DNA from: a virus
Strand: one strand, 5' to 3'
Virus record (IMG/VR): IMGVR_UViG_3300009285_007322
DNA: 64,000 nucleotides
Below are positions 61,401-64,000 of this stretch, piece after piece (within the stretch, counting starts at the first letter, position 1; every line of letters starts with the position of its first letter). The notes under the pieces were generated by a model. The model was not told the origin of the DNA and ran no database searches. It saw only the letters and a list, made by a program, of their open reading frames with translations. The position numbers were made by a program, and so were the translations under genes.

Positions 61401-63293
61401 TTACGCCTTCTCCCAGCAGACCATTCGATACCCGCTCGCCTCGCGCCACAGCACGAAGCCCACCGACGCCGCGGCAATGTCGGCCAGGTCGTCGGTGGCG
61501 TCCGCAGTGACGCCGGTCGTCGTAGTCGCATAGGCCCCTGCGATGATGCCAGAACAGCCCTCGCCAATCTCCAGGCCAGAGGGCGTGATCCCGGTCCAGA
61601 TCCCGGTGCGGGTGACTGTGTGGTGTGCCCCGGCCACGAGCGCTGGCGCCCAGGCCCCGGCTCCCGCAGACGGCAGCGCCACCAAGCAGGCGGTGCGCTC
61701 TACCGTCGCGCTCGCGGTCCAGCGGAGCCGGTCCCCGGCAGTCGTGCCGGTGGACTTGGGCACCAGCGCGGTATCCGTCGCGTGTACGTGGTCCCGGCGG
61801 GCTGCGGTCATGGCCGTGCCAGGTGCCGCCGTGCCGTTGTTCGCCGGGTTGGTCGCGTCGAACAGGACCTTGTCGGTGCGGGCCGTCTCGCCGTTGGCGA
61901 TGCCGAGCAGGTTCAGCAGCCCCGCGCCTGGGGCCGTCGCCTGCGGAGCAAACCCCACTGCGCTGGTAGTCGCGACGGCGATGTTGTCCCCGCCGTTGGT
62001 GTGCGACGCGGCATGTGCAGCGGGCGCGCCGGCCGCAACGTCAGTCTGGTGCCAAACCGCCGCGCCAACCGTCGCGTCTACGCACACATACTCGTTGTCG
62101 GCAGTGATGTCGATCCACCGGGACCCCACCGCGTAGCCGTCGCCGCTATCGTCCGTCACCGCGGGCGCCGCCGTGGCGTCGCGCTTGTGGAGCAGCACCG
62201 TGTAGGTCGCCGAGCCGGTGCTCAGCAGCTCCTGTTGCGCCGCCGTGAACGTGCCCTTGGGGATGGCGTTCGCGGCCAGCGTGCCCTGCGCCGCCGTGGC
62301 GTAGTCTCCGCTGGCGGTGTAGGCCGCGCTGCCCAGTCCAAGGGCCGTCTTGACTTCTGCGAGGGTGTGACGTATCCACAGGCCGAAGGGCGTTGCGTTG
62401 CCCAGCAGAAAATCGTGCTCTGCGGTTGGGGCTTCGATGCCTGAGTGCGAACTGGACACGGCCGCGCCAGCGTGGGCAGCGGGCGTGAAGTCACCAGTCG
62501 CGGCGTAGGCCGCGCTCCCCAGGCCCAGGATCGTCTTGACTTCCGCCAGCGTCTTGCGGACCCACGAACCAAACGGCGTGGCGTTGCCGACTGCAAAGTC
62601 ATTCTCTGCGGTGGGCGCCTGGATGCCGCTGTGGCTCGTGCTGACGGCGGCCCCGGCGTGCGCGGCAGCCGTGTACAAAGTGTCGAAGTAGGTCTTGAGC
62701 CAGGCCTTGACCTGCGTGCCGGTCTTGACGCAGTACACCCACACCGCGCCGATGTACTGCCCAACCTCAAAGCGGTTGGCGTCGGCCAGGGCATCGCCGT
62801 CGGCGGTGGTGCGGGTGACGGTCTCTGCAAATAGAGCTGCATGCGCTTCGTCGTCCGCATCGTGCGCGTCGACCAGATCCTGCGCCTCTCCTGCCAGTGC
62901 GTATGACTCCACCACAGCCACCGGAACTGTACCGTGCGGCTGAGGTGCCCAGGATATATCTGCAGTACCGGAGGCAATCCACTTCTCAGATGTATTGTCC
63001 CAGATACCTATCCACAAACTGGCAGTTTCTTCGCTATTCCTGAACAAGCTCAACAGCAGCGCCGTATTCAGATCAATAGAGGCGGATCCGTCTCCGTCTG
63101 CAACCATCAGCTCTGTTGGAACCACCACCCTCTGCTTCCTGTAGGACAGAGGACGGGCACCGTCGGCTATGTGTAACCAGGCCGAAATGCCTCCAAGATC
63201 CGTTCCGGACGTGACAAAATCGATAGTGTCCCAGAGAAACAATGTCCCCGAGACCGTCAGAGTCGATCCGGATACTGCCAGAGTTACACTCAT
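61401..63293 (-). CDS. Tail fibre / baseplate-attached receptor-binding protein (630 aa)
   Basis: Ala/Thr/Gly-rich; internal 62 aa duplication; PAVTDDSGDGYAVGSRWID and AARRDHVH motifs common in tail fibres. Confidence 0.75.
   Translation of the reverse strand: MSVTLAVSGSTLTVSGTLFLWDTIDFVTSGTDLGGISAWLHIADGARPLSYRKQRVVVPTELMVADGDGSASIDLNTALLLSLFRNSEETASLWIGIWDNTSEKWIASGTADISWAPQPHGTVPVAVVESYALAGEAQDLVDAHDADDEAHAALFAETVTRTTADGDALADANRFEVGQYIGAVWVYCVKTGTQVKAWLKTYFDTLYTAAAHAGAAVSTSHSGIQAPTAENDFAVGNATPFGSWVRKTLAEVKTILGLGSAAYAATGDFTPAAHAGAAVSSSHSGIEAPTAEHDFLLGNATPFGLWIRHTLAEVKTALGLGSAAYTASGDYATAAQGTLAANAIPKGTFTAAQQELLSTGSATYTVLLHKRDATAAPAVTDDSGDGYAVGSRWIDITADNEYVCVDATVGAAVWHQTDVAAGAPAAHAASHTNGGDNIAVATTSAVGFAPQATAPGAGLLNLLGIANGETARTDKVLFDATNPANNGTAAPGTAMTAARRDHVHATDTALVPKSTGTTAGDRLRWTASATVERTACLVALPSAGAGAWAPALVAGAHHTVTRTGIWTGITPSGLEIGEGCSGIIAGAYATTTTGVTADATDDLADIAAASVGFVLWREASGYRMVCWEKA
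62295..62666 (-). repeat. Two imperfect tandem 186 bp (62 aa) repeats in the tail fibre
   Basis: AAHAGAAVSTSHSGIQAPTAENDFAVGNATPFGSWVRKTLAEVKTILGLGSAAY vs AAHAGAAVSSSHSGIEAPTAEHDFLLGNATPFGLWIRHTLAEVKTALGLGSAAY; the units start at 62666 and 62480. Confidence 0.92.
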
Positions 63294-63305
63294 CCGCTAT
63301 TCACC

Positions 63306-63776
63306 TCAGACCGGCACATCTGTGCCGATGTCCGGTTTTGCCGCCAGTCCGCGTACCTGCAGGTCTACCTTGGTGGCGGCCCTGAATGCAGATCCACCAC
63401 CAATACGCAGCGCTCTGTACATCAGATGTGCGAACAGCATCCTGCGCAGCATCCTGAACAGGCCTCCCATCACTATAAGCCCTATCCATCCTCCGGCATC
63501 CTGGAAGATGATCCTGAAGCAGTTCCTGCGGAATCTGCGGTCAGCGGCCTTCCTGTCTGCCGCTGTGCGCCCGACACAGTAGTCGACGTCATGGACATCG
63601 GCTGCCGGTGTGAGCTTGGTTCCCCTGTCGATCGCTTCGCGGGCATCCGGTTCCCAACGTTCCGGACCTATGCCATTCTGAAGAGACTTGCGCTGATCCT
63701 CGGTGAGTATGAACCAAGCGGATGGCACTTCCAGCCGGTATCCGGATACATTCGCACGGCTGCGAGTGCTGTCCAT
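63306..63776 (-). CDS. Phospholipase A2-like (HD motif) phage protein (156 aa)
   Basis: NGIGP..AADVHDVDY..DRKAADRRFRRN parallels the NGCG..ACxxHDxxY..RxxAD pattern; hydrophobic C-terminal segment. Confidence 0.55.
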   Translation of the reverse strand: MDSTRSRANVSGYRLEVPSAWFILTEDQRKSLQNGIGPERWEPDAREAIDRGTKLTPAADVHDVDYCVGRTAADRKAADRRFRRNCFRIIFQDAGGWIGLIVMGGLFRMLRRMLFAHLMYRALRIGGGSAFRAATKVDLQVRGLAAKPDIGTDVPV

Positions 63777-63778
63777 GT

Positions 63779-64000
63779 CTAGGCCTCCAACGCCGTCGCG
63801 CGAATGACCGCGTGAGTCGCGCTGACCACTTCGACACTCCAATCGGAAAAAGCTGCACCGGCATCGGCCCAGGCTGCGGCGGCGGTACCTCCGTAGCCGA
63901 GTACGGTAAACCCGGTCACAGTTGGAATAGCGACCGTTTGTGCACCGGTCGTGTGGATATTGACTATACCGGGTCTGGTAGGCACAATGGCCATACTGGT
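63779..64000 (-). CDS. Hypothetical structural protein (possibly the 3' end of a longer ORF entering from the right edge)
   Basis: The frame is open to the window edge; beta-rich composition. Confidence 0.5.
   Translation of the reverse strand, partial: TSMAIVPTRPGIVNIHTTGAQTVAIPTVTGFTVLGYGGTAAAAWADAGAAFSDWSVEVVSATHAVIRATALEA

Noticed and set aside
1-64000. Alternative genetic code (stop-codon recoding)
   Set aside because: Large genes (polA, terL, primase, AAA) are intact in the standard code, and TAG, TGA and TAA all end genes at coupled overlaps.
1-64000. CRISPR array, integrase, rRNA, reverse transcriptase/DGR
   Set aside because: No regularly spaced repeat-spacer array, no tyrosine or serine integrase motifs, no rRNA signatures and no YxDD RT motif were seen.

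Overview
The window looks like a 64 kb segment of a large (probably well over 100 kb) dsDNA tailed phage genome of roughly 57% GC. It uses the standard genetic code and is densely coded. Almost all genes are on the minus strand, apart from one plus-strand block (about 45993-51569) that starts with the large terminase. Left to right it contains: the 5' part of a probable portal gene; a ~545 nt highly structured intergenic region with its own sigma70-like promoter (candidate large ncRNA); a LigD-type phosphoesterase/ATP-dependent ligase fusion; a tRNA-Tyr-derived RNA with an alanine-type G3.U70 acceptor, a 20 nt anticodon loop and a 38 nt variable arm, preceded by four coupled small Arg/Lys-rich ORFs; RusA; an immobilised IS607-type tnpB with a 39 aa TnpA remnant; a Thg1-like protein; a DUF3150/DUF1257/DUF2997/AAA+ module; a replication-recombination set (RecA-like, probable SSB, family A DNA polymerase, DnaG primase, DnaB-like and SF2 helicases, Rad50-like ATPase, several with degenerate catalytic motifs); terminase and head-region genes; a sigma70-family sigma factor coupled to a catalytically dead stand-alone Hint domain; a nucleotide-metabolism trio; lipoprotein and membrane genes; and a high-GC, apparently imported tail-fibre/LamG module. 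No integrase, CRISPR array, rRNA or recognisable endolysin was seen. All family calls come from motifs read by eye, not from database searches. The strongest novelty candidates are the two RNAs at 1134-1677 and 3223-3342.
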